From contig JAZDCZ010000239.1 of assembly GCA_036679605.1 (NCBI GenBank), forward strand, positions 1-64,000: a stretch of 64,000 nucleotides of DNA. The letters are read 5' to 3'. This document shows positions 17,551-28,110 of the stretch, piece by piece (the stretch's first letter is position 1; every line of letters begins with the position of its first letter). The notes under the pieces were generated by a model that was given only the letters and a program-made list of their open reading frames with translations, was not told where the DNA came from and did not search any database. The position numbers were made by a program, and so were the translations under genes. This DNA is from Gemmatimonadota bacterium (GTDB taxonomy: Bacteria > Gemmatimonadota > Gemmatimonadetes > Gemmatimonadales > GWC2-71-9).

Positions 17551-19128
17551 GTGTTAATGAAACGTACCAGAGATTGGATCAAGTTAGGCACAATGGTAGG
17601 GCTGGCGCTGTCACTGACGGTTGCGTTCGCCCTTGTAATTGATTTGCCCAAATCGTCGTTTGCCCAAGAGGCAAGCGTCATTCCAGCATTGAGCACAGCT
17701 GCTCAGCAGTCCGCCACTTTCGAGACCGCACAACCGCTGGCAGATCTCAGTGCCGCGTTCACGGCGGTGGCCCAAACGGTGCAGCCATCCGTCGTGTTCA
17801 TCACGGCCGTGACAGAGGTCAGGCAGACTCGGCCAGGGTCTCCGTTCGAGCGGTTTTTCGACAATGACCGTGGCAACCGCCCTCCACCCAGACAAACCGG
17901 TACCGGAAGCGGCTTCATTATCTCGGATGACGGATACATAGTCACGAACAATCATGTGGTTGAAAACGCCAAGAAACTGACGGTTACCCTGTTCGATCAC
18001 CGAAGGTTTGATGCTAAAGTCATTGGCCGAGATCGCAACACGGATCTGGCCGTGATCAAGATCGCGGAAACGGCACTCCACGCGATTACGTTCGGCGACT
18101 CCGATTCAGCCCGAGTAGGAGAGTGGGTATTGGCAATCGGCAACCCGCTAGGCCTTGAGTCTACCGTTACTGCAGGAATCGTCAGTGCCCGTGGTCGGGG
18201 TCTCCGGGATCTTCAAAACTCGCTGTGGAACATTCAGGACTACATTCAAACAGATGCGGCCATCAATCCTGGCAACTCAGGCGGTCCGCTGGTGAACATC
18301 AGTGGTCAGGTGATAGGAGTGAATGCCGCAATAGCATCCAGGACCGGCTATTATCAGGGATACGGATTCGCGATCCCTTCGAATCTCGCCCGCACTGTAA
18401 CAACTCAACTAATCGCAGATGGCAAGGTCACTCGGGCCGCTCTCGGAGTATCGATTGCACTGGCCGACGCGATAGACGCGGAGGCCGTAGGGCTCAAGGA
18501 AGTACGTGGAGTCAGAATCGAGGACTTCACCGGGAACAATAGTCCCGCTAAGCGTGCCGGCCTCAAGCGCGGTGATGTGATCGTAGAACTAGACGGCAAG
18601 AAGGTACGATACGTCGCTCAGCTGCAACAGATCGTCGGCTTCCAGAAGCCCGGTACTACCATCGACGTTACCGTGCTGAGAGATCGCGGCGAGCGTCGTA
18701 CTTACAGCGTTCGCCTGATCAAGGCAGATACAGAACCGACGCAACAGGAAGCATCAGACGACCCGCCCCGCGAGCGAGAGGAATCTGGTTCATTGGAGTC
18801 CAGAATCGGCCTCAGCGTTCAGCCATTTGACGAAAATGACATTCGACAGGCCGGGTTCCCCGATGAAGTTCCAGCCGGGCTAGCGATAACGAGCATCCAA
18901 CGAGATGGACCCGCAGACGGACGACTTGTTGCCAGTAACCCGCGGCAGGGTTTTCTCGCGATCCTGACACGCGTCAACAACCAACCAGTCTCTTCACCCG
19001 CCGATCTGCAAAGGGCACTGCGTGACGTCGGAGCCGGAGACATCGTAATGGTACATGTGGTCCGTGTGCTCGGCAGGTCGTCAAGCGCGCAGATCAACAC
19101 TCAAGTTGTCAGGATAAGAACACGATAG
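17551..19128 (+). CDS. htrA: HtrA/DegQ serine endopeptidase with PDZ domains
   Basis: TNNHVV, DLAVIK, IQTDAAINPGNSGGPL; N-terminal TM/signal; PDZ regions. Confidence 0.95.
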   Translation: MLMKRTRDWIKLGTMVGLALSLTVAFALVIDLPKSSFAQEASVIPALSTAAQQSATFETAQPLADLSAAFTAVAQTVQPSVVFITAVTEVRQTRPGSPFERFFDNDRGNRPPPRQTGTGSGFIISDDGYIVTNNHVVENAKKLTVTLFDHRRFDAKVIGRDRNTDLAVIKIAETALHAITFGDSDSARVGEWVLAIGNPLGLESTVTAGIVSARGRGLRDLQNSLWNIQDYIQTDAAINPGNSGGPLVNISGQVIGVNAAIASRTGYYQGYGFAIPSNLARTVTTQLIADGKVTRAALGVSIALADAIDAEAVGLKEVRGVRIEDFTGNNSPAKRAGLKRGDVIVELDGKKVRYVAQLQQIVGFQKPGTTIDVTVLRDRGERRTYSVRLIKADTEPTQQEASDDPPREREESGSLESRIGLSVQPFDENDIRQAGFPDEVPAGLAITSIQRDGPADGRLVASNPRQGFLAILTRVNNQPVSSPADLQRALRDVGAGDIVMVHVVRVLGRSSSAQINTQVVRIRTR

Positions 19129-19155
19129 CCGGGCCGCGAGTTTACTCGTTGGTTT

Positions 19156-19467
19156 TCAGCCCGATCCGAACACGCCGAAAAGAGCCAACAGCGCAACCGC
19201 AACCGCGACCGCAATCAACAGTGGGAGTGTAAAGATCAGGGTCAGCAAACGGTGATCGCGTTTGAGATGCATATAAAACATCACCACCAACGCGAACTTG
19301 GCCGCCGACAGGCCCAGAAGCAGTGGCACCAAAACACTCTGAAACGCCGGGATATAAAACGCGCCGACTTCGACGAGCGTGACAATTATCAGTAGACCCG
19401 CCACAGCCATATAGGCATCCGTCGGGCGGGAATGCTGCTGCGGGGTCACCTGTTCCTGTTCGCTCAT
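19156..19467 (-). CDS. ctaF: Cytochrome c oxidase subunit IV (caa3 type)
   Basis: VTLVEV...KFALVVMFYMHL; 3 TM; operon position. Confidence 0.88.
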   Translation of the reverse strand: MSEQEQVTPQQHSRPTDAYMAVAGLLIIVTLVEVGAFYIPAFQSVLVPLLLGLSAAKFALVVMFYMHLKRDHRLLTLIFTLPLLIAVAVAVALLALFGVFGSG

Positions 19468-19477
19468 AGATTAATCG

Positions 19478-20062
19478 CTATCTCTGAAGCAGATACACCA
19501 CGGTAAAGATCACAATCCACACAACGTCTACGAAGTGCCAATACAAACCGGCAAGTTCGACATTGAGGGCCTTCTCCGGACCCAGCTTTCCCTGCAAAGA
19601 TCGCACGAGCAGGGTCGAGAGCCAAATCACGCCGATTGCTACGTGACCCCCGTGGAATCCGGTAAGCACAAAAAATGTCGAGCCAAACAAGTTTGTTTTG
19701 AGCGTGAGACCTTCGTTCACAAATGTCGTGAACTCGTAGACCTGGAATGACAGGAAAATGAGCCCCAGCACCACCGTGGCGGCGAGCCACGCACGTGCCC
19801 ACAGTTTGTCTCCGCGCTCTACAGCCGCAAGTGCCATTACCATTGCCAAACTCGACATCAGTAAGTCAAACGTACTTACCGACGTTATCGGGATATTGAG
19901 AATCTCCTGCGGCGTCGGCCCAACCACGGACCGGCCCTCATACACCAAGTAGGTAGCGATCAGAGTGCCGAACAACAGACATTCCGATCCAATGAAGGTC
20001 CAGAAAGCCATCTTCCGGCTATCGATTCCAGTCGCCGTATCTGCTATAGCCGCATGCGTCAT
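19478..20062 (-). CDS. ctaE: Cytochrome c oxidase subunit III
   Basis: FIGSECLLF, LTGFHGGHV, GLYWHFVDVVW. Confidence 0.95.
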   Translation of the reverse strand: MTHAAIADTATGIDSRKMAFWTFIGSECLLFGTLIATYLVYEGRSVVGPTPQEILNIPITSVSTFDLLMSSLAMVMALAAVERGDKLWARAWLAATVVLGLIFLSFQVYEFTTFVNEGLTLKTNLFGSTFFVLTGFHGGHVAIGVIWLSTLLVRSLQGKLGPEKALNVELAGLYWHFVDVVWIVIFTVVYLLQR

Positions 20063-20063
20063 G

Positions 20064-21878
20064 TCAGATCTCGAAGGGCTCGAATACCCAGAGATAAATT
20101 GAAATCACCGTAATTCCCGCTGCTAGCAACACCATCCCCAACAAATGCGTAACAGCGCCTACGGCCGCGACCAAGATGCCGAACGCCGTGGAGATCGGCC
20201 AGAACGATCCGCCGGGAACATGGACCGGCCCCGGCGGAATATCTGGAATCTCGTTTACACCGCCCTCTTGCCAGAGTGGCAACCGGCTGTGCACCTCCGG
20301 CTGAACCGAAAAATTGTACACCGGGGGTGGCGAAGACATTGCCCACTCCAACGTGGCAGCATTCCAAGGGTTCTTACCTGCCACAGCTCCTCTCTTCCGC
20401 GACCACCAAACATTGAACATGAAGATCAAGAACGATGCTCCGAATAGAAAGGCGCCCACCGTGGAAACCAAGTTGAGTGAGTCGAGACCGAGCTGGCTAT
20501 CGTACGTGTAGATCCTGCGCGGCATGCCCAATAACCCACTGAAGTGCATCGGGAAAAATGCCACGTTCATGCCGATCATCATCAGTGCCCAGTGAGCCTT
20601 TCCCATACCTTCGTGCAGCAATCTACCGAACATCTTCGGCCACCAATAATAGATGGCACCGAATATTCCCATTAACGCTCCGCCTACCAACACGTAATGG
20701 ATATGGGCCACGACAAAGTACGTGTCGGTTTGCTGTAGGTCGCTGGGAGGAGAGGAATGCATCACGCCGGACAAGCCGCCAATAATGAACATCGCGATGA
20801 AGCCCACTGCAAACAACAGCGGCGTCGTGAACTGGATTCTCCCGCCCCACATCGTCGCGATCCAATTGAAAATCTTCACTCCAGTTGGAATGGCTATCAG
20901 CATGGTCGTTGCCGCGAACGCCGAATCAGCTACGGGACCCAATCCGACCGAGAACAGGTGGTGGCTCCAGACGCCCCACCCCATTATGGCGATCAGTGCT
21001 CCGGAATAAACGATTACCGCATAACCGAACAAGGGTTTCCTAGAAAACGTTGGCAAAATCTCCGAAACCATTCCCATCGTCGGCAGAATTAGGATGTAAA
21101 CCTCTGGATGCCCGAAAAGCCAAAACAGGTGCTGCCACAGCAACAGGTCACCACCGGCAGACACATTGTAGAAGTTGGTCCCAAAGAAGCGGTCGAACAT
21201 CAGAAGCACCAACGCGACCGTAATTACTGGAAACGCAGTTACGACAATGAACTGAGTTACCAAAGTCATCCATGTAAACACCGGCATGCGCATGAACTTC
21301 ATCCCTGGTGCACGAAGATTGACTATGGTAACGATGAAATTGATTCCAGCGGCGATCGAGGCGATTCCGAGTACCTGCAGGCTAAGTAGCCAAAAATCGA
21401 TATTCAAACCAGGCGAATACTGCTTCGAAGTCAAACTGACGTATCCGAACCAGCCTCCGTCAGGAGCAGCCCCGACGAAGAAGCTCGCATTCAGAAACAG
21501 CCCGCCAAACAAGAACGTCCAGTAGCTGAACGCATTGAGTCGTGGGAACGCCACGTCCCGGGCTCCGATCTGGAGCGGCACAATATAGTTGAAGAACGCC
21601 GCCGACAACGGCATGATCGCAAGGAACACCATCGTCGTACCATGCATCGTGAACAACTGATTGAACGTCTCAGCATCGACGAGAGCGTTGTTGGACGACG
21701 CCAGCTGCGCCCGAATGATCAGTGCCTCCAGGCCCCCCACCAGAAAGAAAAAGAAAGCAGTGGCACCGTAGAGAATGCCGATCCTCTTGTGATCGGTCGT
21801 AGTGATCCAACTCATGAGGCCGGATCGCTCAACGGCGGCGTTGGCGGCAGTGGACTCGACTGGGGAAGCGGACGCCAT
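20064..21878 (-). CDS. ctaD: Cytochrome c oxidase subunit I, A1 type
   Basis: TDHKRIG, TMHG, DVAFPRLN, GHPEVY, WSHH, PTGVK, HIHYV, PRR. Confidence 0.98.
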   Translation of the reverse strand: MASASPVESTAANAAVERSGLMSWITTTDHKRIGILYGATAFFFFLVGGLEALIIRAQLASSNNALVDAETFNQLFTMHGTTMVFLAIMPLSAAFFNYIVPLQIGARDVAFPRLNAFSYWTFLFGGLFLNASFFVGAAPDGGWFGYVSLTSKQYSPGLNIDFWLLSLQVLGIASIAAGINFIVTIVNLRAPGMKFMRMPVFTWMTLVTQFIVVTAFPVITVALVLLMFDRFFGTNFYNVSAGGDLLLWQHLFWLFGHPEVYILILPTMGMVSEILPTFSRKPLFGYAVIVYSGALIAIMGWGVWSHHLFSVGLGPVADSAFAATTMLIAIPTGVKIFNWIATMWGGRIQFTTPLLFAVGFIAMFIIGGLSGVMHSSPPSDLQQTDTYFVVAHIHYVLVGGALMGIFGAIYYWWPKMFGRLLHEGMGKAHWALMMIGMNVAFFPMHFSGLLGMPRRIYTYDSQLGLDSLNLVSTVGAFLFGASFLIFMFNVWWSRKRGAVAGKNPWNAATLEWAMSSPPPVYNFSVQPEVHSRLPLWQEGGVNEIPDIPPGPVHVPGGSFWPISTAFGILVAAVGAVTHLLGMVLLAAGITVISIYLWVFEPFEI

Positions 21879-21886
21879 TCGCGATC

Positions 21887-22903
21887 TTACCTCAGACTCA
21901 GCAGGTATGCGACGAGAGCAGAGATCTCATCTTCGGTCAGGGACACCTTGGGCATCAAGCTACCCGGTTTCGTAGCGGGCGGATCTCTCAACCACCTTGC
22001 CAGCTCCTCGCTCGTATTGCTCAGAACAGCCCCCGCAAGAGTCATGCGGCTTCCAATGTGCGTCAGATCGGGTCCTACTTGTGCGAACGCCCTCACGCCC
22101 TGGATCGTATGGCAGCTGAAACAAATCCCTTTCCCCGCCCAAAGCGCCTGGCCCGTGGCCTCGATACTTCCCGAATCAGGCTGGACTGCAGAGGCCGTCT
22201 GTTGAGTTATCCACGCTTCGAACGAGGCAGAATCTTCAACAACAACCAGCAGCCTCATATTCGCGTGCGACAACCCACAGAACTCGGCGCACTGGCCCAT
22301 GAACACTCCAACGGAATCGGGGGTCAGAGCCAGACGGTTCGTGCGGCCCTGCAACATGTCACGCTTTCCGCCCAACCGTGGCACCCAAAAACTGTGGATG
22401 ACATCGGCCGAGGTCATTGCGAGCGCCGCCGGGCGTCCGACAGGAAGATGCAGTTCGTTCGCCGTTACAACCCCATACTGCGGGTACTTGTACTCCCACC
22501 ACCACTGGTGCCCAATGATCTCCACCTCGACAGCACCTGCCGGAGGAGTGCCATCCACACGAAAAATCGTGCGTATCGTGGGTACGGCGATGAACACCAA
22601 AATGGCAGCTGGGGCCAGCGTCCATCCGATTTCCAACACAGTGTGACCGTGCACATGCTTGGGTTCGCCCTCTTGCCCGGGCCGTGCACGGTAACGGATC
22701 AGAGTGTAGATCAAGAGCGTTTCGACAAACACGAAGACCGCTACGGCCCAACCGAGAATGGTGCCGAACAAGCTGTCGAGTTCGCCACTGAAACTCGACG
22801 CCGGATCGAAGGTCGATTGGGGAAACGGACCAGCACACCCGCTCACTGCTGCGACTACCAACAGGACGAGTGAGATCCGAACGGCCGAAGAGGGAAACGG
22901 CAA
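21887..22903 (-). CDS. ctaC: Cytochrome c oxidase subunit II with fused cytochrome c (caa3)
   Basis: Lipobox AVSGC; DVIHSFW; CuA motif CAEFCGLSHANM; C-terminal CFSCH...MP. Confidence 0.96.
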   Translation of the reverse strand: MPFPSSAVRISLVLLVVAAVSGCAGPFPQSTFDPASSFSGELDSLFGTILGWAVAVFVFVETLLIYTLIRYRARPGQEGEPKHVHGHTVLEIGWTLAPAAILVFIAVPTIRTIFRVDGTPPAGAVEVEIIGHQWWWEYKYPQYGVVTANELHLPVGRPAALAMTSADVIHSFWVPRLGGKRDMLQGRTNRLALTPDSVGVFMGQCAEFCGLSHANMRLLVVVEDSASFEAWITQQTASAVQPDSGSIEATGQALWAGKGICFSCHTIQGVRAFAQVGPDLTHIGSRMTLAGAVLSNTSEELARWLRDPPATKPGSLMPKVSLTEDEISALVAYLLSLR

Positions 22904-22976
22904 GCTACTTAGGACTCACACTATTGAGAAAGTCTGATTATAGAGATTGGGCTGCCGCACGGCAAACCCGGCGGGA

Positions 22977-23005
22977 ATGTTACTATGGCGCTGTCGCGCG
23001 GTCAA
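22977..23005 (-). promoter_or_regulatory. Sigma70-type promoter of the caa3 operon
   Basis: Minus strand TTGACC-N17-TAACAT, about 75 nt upstream of ctaC. Confidence 0.65.
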
Positions 23006-23170
23006 CTTGGCAGATGGGCCCGCAAACTTGTGAGCACCGCCGGAGCGGTGTACTATCGGCATACACTAGAGCGGTTGGCCTAATCACTCCGGCTGTTCTA
23101 CCCGTCCGTCGCAGCACCATGAGCATAGGCATCCATGTTATCCACCCTTCTTGAGGAATGGGGATCAGCC

Positions 23171-24922
23171 ATGTTGGATCGAACCGACCTCTCCACCCGC
23201 AGCGAGCAGATCTTACCTATGGACCGGCGCAAATTCATGGCCTATTTCTCGAGCGTCGGACTAGGAAGCACCGTCCTCCCCGCCCTGCTATGGGCAAATG
23301 TCCAACAGACCGGCGAGATCACGAAGGAAATGGTCGCAGCGGCCGAGGACATTGCCGGCCTCGAGTTCACGGAAGAGGAACGAGAGCTGATGCTGGGCGG
23401 CCTCAATCGGAATCTCGCCGCCTATCGCCAGCTTCGAGAGGTTCACCTCCCCAACAGCGTTCAGCCGGCCCTTATCTTCGATCCAGTGCTGCCGGGCCGC
23501 CGCATTCCCACCGAACACCGGCCGTTCCGGCTTTCCGCTCCCCAAGGCTTGTCGCGACCAACCAATCTAGAGGAAGTCGCATTCTGGCCGGCTACCGATC
23601 TTGCCGAACTAGTCAGAACCCGTCAGGTCTCGTCGGTCGAGTTGACCGAGATGTACCTCGGCCGCTTGAAGCGACATGGCCCGAAGCTAGAGTGCGTGAT
23701 TACGCTAACCGAAGACCTTGCCTTGAAGCAGGCCCGGCGCGCCGATCGCGAGATTGCGCTCGGCCACTACCGGGGACCGCTCCATGGCATTCCTTGGGGT
23801 GCCAAGGATCTCCTGGCCGAAGATCAGTACCGCACCACCTGGGGAGCCAAGCCTTACGAGAATCGGGTGATCGAGGAAGACGCGACCGTGGTGCAGAAGT
23901 TGGAGCGGGCCGGCGCGGTATTGGTCGCCAAGCTGACACTCGGTGCGCTTGCTCAAGGCGATGTCTGGTACGGAGGCCGAACGCGCAATCCATGGAACAC
24001 CGAGCAGGGATCGAGCGGTTCGTCGGCCGGGCCGGCCGCAGCAACCGTGGCTGGCCTCGTCGGAGTGAGTATCGGTAGTGAAACATTGGGTTCCATAGTC
24101 TCACCGTCTACACGGTGCGGTGCGACGGGACTCAGACCAACATTCGGACGCGTGAGCAGAGCCGGAGCGATGGCGCTTTCATGGAGCATGGACAAACTGG
24201 GACCGCTTTGTCGCTCCGTTGAGGATTGTGCTGTAGTACTGAACGCAATCCACGGAGCTGACGGCAAGGACCCGACGGCACGCACCGTTCCATTCAACTG
24301 GAATCCCGATATACCGATATCGCGGCTGCGCATTGGCTACTACAAGAGCGCCTTCGACTTCGAACCCAGCAACGAAAGACAACGCCGTTTTTCTACGAAA
24401 GAGTTCGATACCGAAGCGCTCGAAGTACTACGCTCCATGGGTGCAGTCCTCATCCCTGTTGAAGTACCCGATGATTTTCCAACGAGCGCGCTGCGGATCA
24501 TTTTGAATGCCGAGGCGGCGGCAGCGTTTGACGAACTGACGCGCAGTGGACGCGATGACCTCCTCGTCAGACAGGGTCGAGGCGGATGGCCCAATTCGTT
24601 CAGGACGGCACGTGCGATTCCAGCCGTCGAGTACATTCAGGCGAACCGCGTGCGGACGATGGTAATGGGCGCTATGGACGCCGCAATGAAAGGCGTCGAC
24701 CTGTTCGTGACCCCGTCCTTTGGCGGAAACGTCTTGTTGACCACCAATCTCACCGGACACCCGTCAGTCACGCTTCCCAACGGCTTTCGCGACGATGGCA
24801 CCCCCGTAAGCATTTCGTTCATCGGACGATTGTTTGGTGAGGCAGAGATGCTCGCAGTTGCAAAGAAATATCAGGACGCTACGGGATTTCACTTGGAGCG
24901 CCCCTCCGAATTTGCTGACTGA
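23171..24922 (+). CDS. Amidase-signature family enzyme with a twin-arginine signal
   Basis: DRRKF Tat motif; GPLHGIPWGAKD, GSSGSSAG, GSETLGSI..PS. Confidence 0.92.
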   Translation: MLDRTDLSTRSEQILPMDRRKFMAYFSSVGLGSTVLPALLWANVQQTGEITKEMVAAAEDIAGLEFTEEERELMLGGLNRNLAAYRQLREVHLPNSVQPALIFDPVLPGRRIPTEHRPFRLSAPQGLSRPTNLEEVAFWPATDLAELVRTRQVSSVELTEMYLGRLKRHGPKLECVITLTEDLALKQARRADREIALGHYRGPLHGIPWGAKDLLAEDQYRTTWGAKPYENRVIEEDATVVQKLERAGAVLVAKLTLGALAQGDVWYGGRTRNPWNTEQGSSGSSAGPAAATVAGLVGVSIGSETLGSIVSPSTRCGATGLRPTFGRVSRAGAMALSWSMDKLGPLCRSVEDCAVVLNAIHGADGKDPTARTVPFNWNPDIPISRLRIGYYKSAFDFEPSNERQRRFSTKEFDTEALEVLRSMGAVLIPVEVPDDFPTSALRIILNAEAAAAFDELTRSGRDDLLVRQGRGGWPNSFRTARAIPAVEYIQANRVRTMVMGAMDAAMKGVDLFVTPSFGGNVLLTTNLTGHPSVTLPNGFRDDGTPVSISFIGRLFGEAEMLAVAKKYQDATGFHLERPSEFAD

Positions 24923-24938
24923 GCGCTAAGACAAAGCC

Positions 24939-25775
24939 ATGGCTATCCTAGAGGACCTTCGCTCTGCTGTGGGAGTTCATTACGACCTGCAACGGGTGAT
25001 CGGGCGCGGTGCAAGCGCGGTTGTCTATCTTGCCCAAGATCTTCTTACCAAACGCCCCGTCGCCATCAAAGTAATGGATCCGGGGGTTACGATGTCGCTT
25101 GGACGAGAACGGTTTCACCGAGAGATAGAGATAACATCGCACCTCTTGCACCCCAATATCGTTACAATCTTGGCGTGCGCGATAGCCAAGGATTCCCTCT
25201 ACTATGTGATGGAGTTCGTTGACGGCGAAAGCCTGAGAGCCAAACTTGAGCGTGAGAAGTGTCTCGCCATTTCAGATGCCGTAGAAATCACCAGACAGAT
25301 AGGTAATGCGCTCGCCTACGCTCATTCGGAGGGAGTCATTCACCGGGACATCAAACCGGAGAACGTACTTCTATCAGAAGATCGCGTTCTAGTCGCCGAT
25401 TTCGGAGTCGCCAGAGCTATCAAGGAGGCGCGACCCGACATTCTAACCCAACCAGGCATTGCAATTGGCACTCCTCATTACATGAGTCCCGAGCAGGCGC
25501 GTGGAAGCCGGAGATTAGACGGTAGGAGCGATTTGTACGCACTCGGTTGCGTGTTGTACGAGCTACTTGTGGGCACACCGCCTTTCCCAGCGGAGGATGA
25601 ACACTTAGTAATGGCGCGGCGTGTAAGAGATCCACCACCGCCTGTGAGAAGAGAGCGCGCAGATGTCGAACGACCGCTTGAGAAAGTGCTACTCAAAGCC
25701 ATGGCCACGAATCCAAAGCGGAGATACGAGTCCGCTACCGATTTCGTTGACGCGCTCACCTCAGCGCGTCCTTAG
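24939..25775 (+). CDS. Hanks-type Ser/Thr protein kinase, catalytic domain only
   Basis: VAIK, HRDIKPEN, DFG, GTPHYMSPE, DLYALG. Confidence 0.95.
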   Translation: MAILEDLRSAVGVHYDLQRVIGRGASAVVYLAQDLLTKRPVAIKVMDPGVTMSLGRERFHREIEITSHLLHPNIVTILACAIAKDSLYYVMEFVDGESLRAKLEREKCLAISDAVEITRQIGNALAYAHSEGVIHRDIKPENVLLSEDRVLVADFGVARAIKEARPDILTQPGIAIGTPHYMSPEQARGSRRLDGRSDLYALGCVLYELLVGTPPFPAEDEHLVMARRVRDPPPPVRRERADVERPLEKVLLKAMATNPKRRYESATDFVDALTSARP

Positions 25776-25818
25776 CGGATATACTTGATGGTGGTACATC
25801 CTCAGGAGTTCTCGTAAA

Positions 25819-28110
25819 GTGCAGAGCAATTCTCCCCGAGGCGTTTCTGAGCAAAACAGATCTGTAACCGCAGCTAGAATCAGCATCCTGCCGGCCTTTG
25901 CGATTTGTTTGATCGCTGTGATGATTTTATTCGCAGGATATGAGGTCGTAGAGCGAACCTGGTTGGGTGCGGTCGAACCCGCCGTCTTGCACACCTTGCA
26001 TATCCTTCGGGGTCTTGCTGCAGCAGCCATAGCTGCTACGCTGGCCACGTTGGTCGTGCTGTCCCAGCTCGAGTCGGAGACGCCAGATGATATTCCCGAA
26101 TCGCCACGCACGTGGAAGAACCGTCTCCAGAGAGTACCACTCCGCACCAAGGTGATCGTTCCGATGGTCCTCTTGTCTGCAATACCGACGTTCGCCATCG
26201 GTGGGTTTACTATCTCACGCATGGAAGACTCGTTGCGCGAACGGGTCGTGCAGCGCATCGAGTTCGACACGTATTCAAAGGCATTGTCTATTCAGGCCTT
26301 CCTGCAGGGGTTGCACAGAGACTTGCGGTTTCTGAGCAAGATGCCTGAGATCCAAGACCTTGCTGCGGCTGAGGCGGCCGGAGATAGGGAGCGGCTGCCG
26401 AGATTCAGACGTGAGGCGGAGCGGGAACTAGCGATCTTCTCACAGGGCCGACGCGGATACCAACAGCTTCGTTATCTCAACAGTTCAGCGAGAGAGGTGC
26501 TGAGACTCGACGTCGCTTCGGGTACGACACCTAGGCTTGTAGCTGCAAAGAAGCTGAGCGACGATGCCGACGCCTTCTACCTCAACAGCGCATTCTCTCT
26601 CAAACCTGGAAAGATATACGTGTCCCAACTGGAGCTGGACGAACCTCTTGGAGCCAGCAACAGCAGGAGAAAGGTCCTTCGATGTGCGACACCCGTGACA
26701 TGGGATGACGGAAACGGCAGAGGACTTCTGGTAGTCAACGTGGACGCCATGTATTTCTTTTCCTTGGTCGGAACCCTACCAAGACTCGCAGAGGCGTGGC
26801 TGCTCAACTCTGAGGGTATGTACCTTGGATACGTCGGAGAGTCCAAGCAGAAGCAAGCTATGTACAGCATGACGATGAAACGGCCCATAACGGCCGATTT
26901 CGATGCCGACATGAGCGATGCAATTCTGGATACATCTGGCACTCGAACGCTGGTACACGAGAACTCCCTCCTATCAGCAGCACCCATCGCATTTGACGCG
27001 GAAGCGACGGAGCAACGATGGACGCTCATGATCTCCCAACCTCTTGCTCCGGTATACACACCTGTTCGCCAAACGACCATCCTACTGTGGACAGCAGTCG
27101 CCCTCGTAGTTGCGATCGCCGCTACAACGGGAATGTTCGTCGCTCATTACGTAGCTCGGCCGATCGCGCTGCTTCGGGGAGCAACGCGCGAGATCGCCGA
27201 CGGCAACCTATCCAAGCGAGTGACTGTGCATACGGGAGATGAGATCGAGGGGCTGGCAACCGATTTCAACACCATGACCGACCGTCTTCACGAAGCGAGG
27301 ACACGGTTGTCGGGCTGGAACGACGAGCTTCAGCGCGAAGTGGCCAAGCGAACCGACGATCTCCGAAGGCTGCAGTCGGGTCTGGCCCGGGCAGACAAAC
27401 TGGCCTCTATCGGGCAAATGACGGCAAGTATAATGCACGAAATCGGCAATCCGCTCGCTGCGATAAAGACAAAGATCCAAGTCGCTCAAGAGGCCGGCGA
27501 GAATGCACCGATTCCTCAGGACCTTCTTCCGGCATTGATTCATGAAGTGAATCGACTCACGTTGGTTCTGCGCTCGTTCGCACGGCTTGGGCGCCTCAGG
27601 GAGCCGACCCTCGGACTCATCTCACCAGATGAAGTGGTGACGGAGGTGGTCACTCTCGTTTCTGCTGAGCTGCGCAGGAAGAGGATATCCATGGTGATTG
27701 AGTCCACGAACGACGCCCCGCAGATCCGGGCGGATGCCGACCAACTGCGGCAGCTCCTGATCAATTTCATTCTCAATGCATCGGACGCCACCGAAGAAGG
27801 TGGCGAGATCGCAGTTAGAGTTGGGATCATGCCCCAAGACCAGGCCACAGACGAGATACCGCATGGAGCCAGTATCCAAGTGGTCGACCATGGGACAGGA
27901 ATCCCTGCAGATCTCCTCGGCAAGATTTGGGATCCATTCTTCACCACCAAACCTCAGGGAACCGGGCTTGGACTGCCAATCTCCCGCAAGATCGTCGAAG
28001 ACCACGGCGGAGCGGTGACGATCCAGAGCGGCCCAGATGGAACAGTGGTCACAATGATCTTCCCTGCCGCAACCGAACGCTACCTCCGCAATGGTGCGAG
28101 TAACGCATGA
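25819..28110 (+). CDS. Sensor histidine kinase (extra TM pair, Cache-like, HAMP, HisKA, HATPase)
   Basis: DEIEGLATDFNTM (HAMP), HEIGNPL, NFILNA, DHGTGI, FFTTK..GTGLGL. Confidence 0.95.
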   Translation: MQSNSPRGVSEQNRSVTAARISILPAFAICLIAVMILFAGYEVVERTWLGAVEPAVLHTLHILRGLAAAAIAATLATLVVLSQLESETPDDIPESPRTWKNRLQRVPLRTKVIVPMVLLSAIPTFAIGGFTISRMEDSLRERVVQRIEFDTYSKALSIQAFLQGLHRDLRFLSKMPEIQDLAAAEAAGDRERLPRFRREAERELAIFSQGRRGYQQLRYLNSSAREVLRLDVASGTTPRLVAAKKLSDDADAFYLNSAFSLKPGKIYVSQLELDEPLGASNSRRKVLRCATPVTWDDGNGRGLLVVNVDAMYFFSLVGTLPRLAEAWLLNSEGMYLGYVGESKQKQAMYSMTMKRPITADFDADMSDAILDTSGTRTLVHENSLLSAAPIAFDAEATEQRWTLMISQPLAPVYTPVRQTTILLWTAVALVVAIAATTGMFVAHYVARPIALLRGATREIADGNLSKRVTVHTGDEIEGLATDFNTMTDRLHEARTRLSGWNDELQREVAKRTDDLRRLQSGLARADKLASIGQMTASIMHEIGNPLAAIKTKIQVAQEAGENAPIPQDLLPALIHEVNRLTLVLRSFARLGRLREPTLGLISPDEVVTEVVTLVSAELRRKRISMVIESTNDAPQIRADADQLRQLLINFILNASDATEEGGEIAVRVGIMPQDQATDEIPHGASIQVVDHGTGIPADLLGKIWDPFFTTKPQGTGLGLPISRKIVEDHGGAVTIQSGPDGTVVTMIFPAATERYLRNGASNA

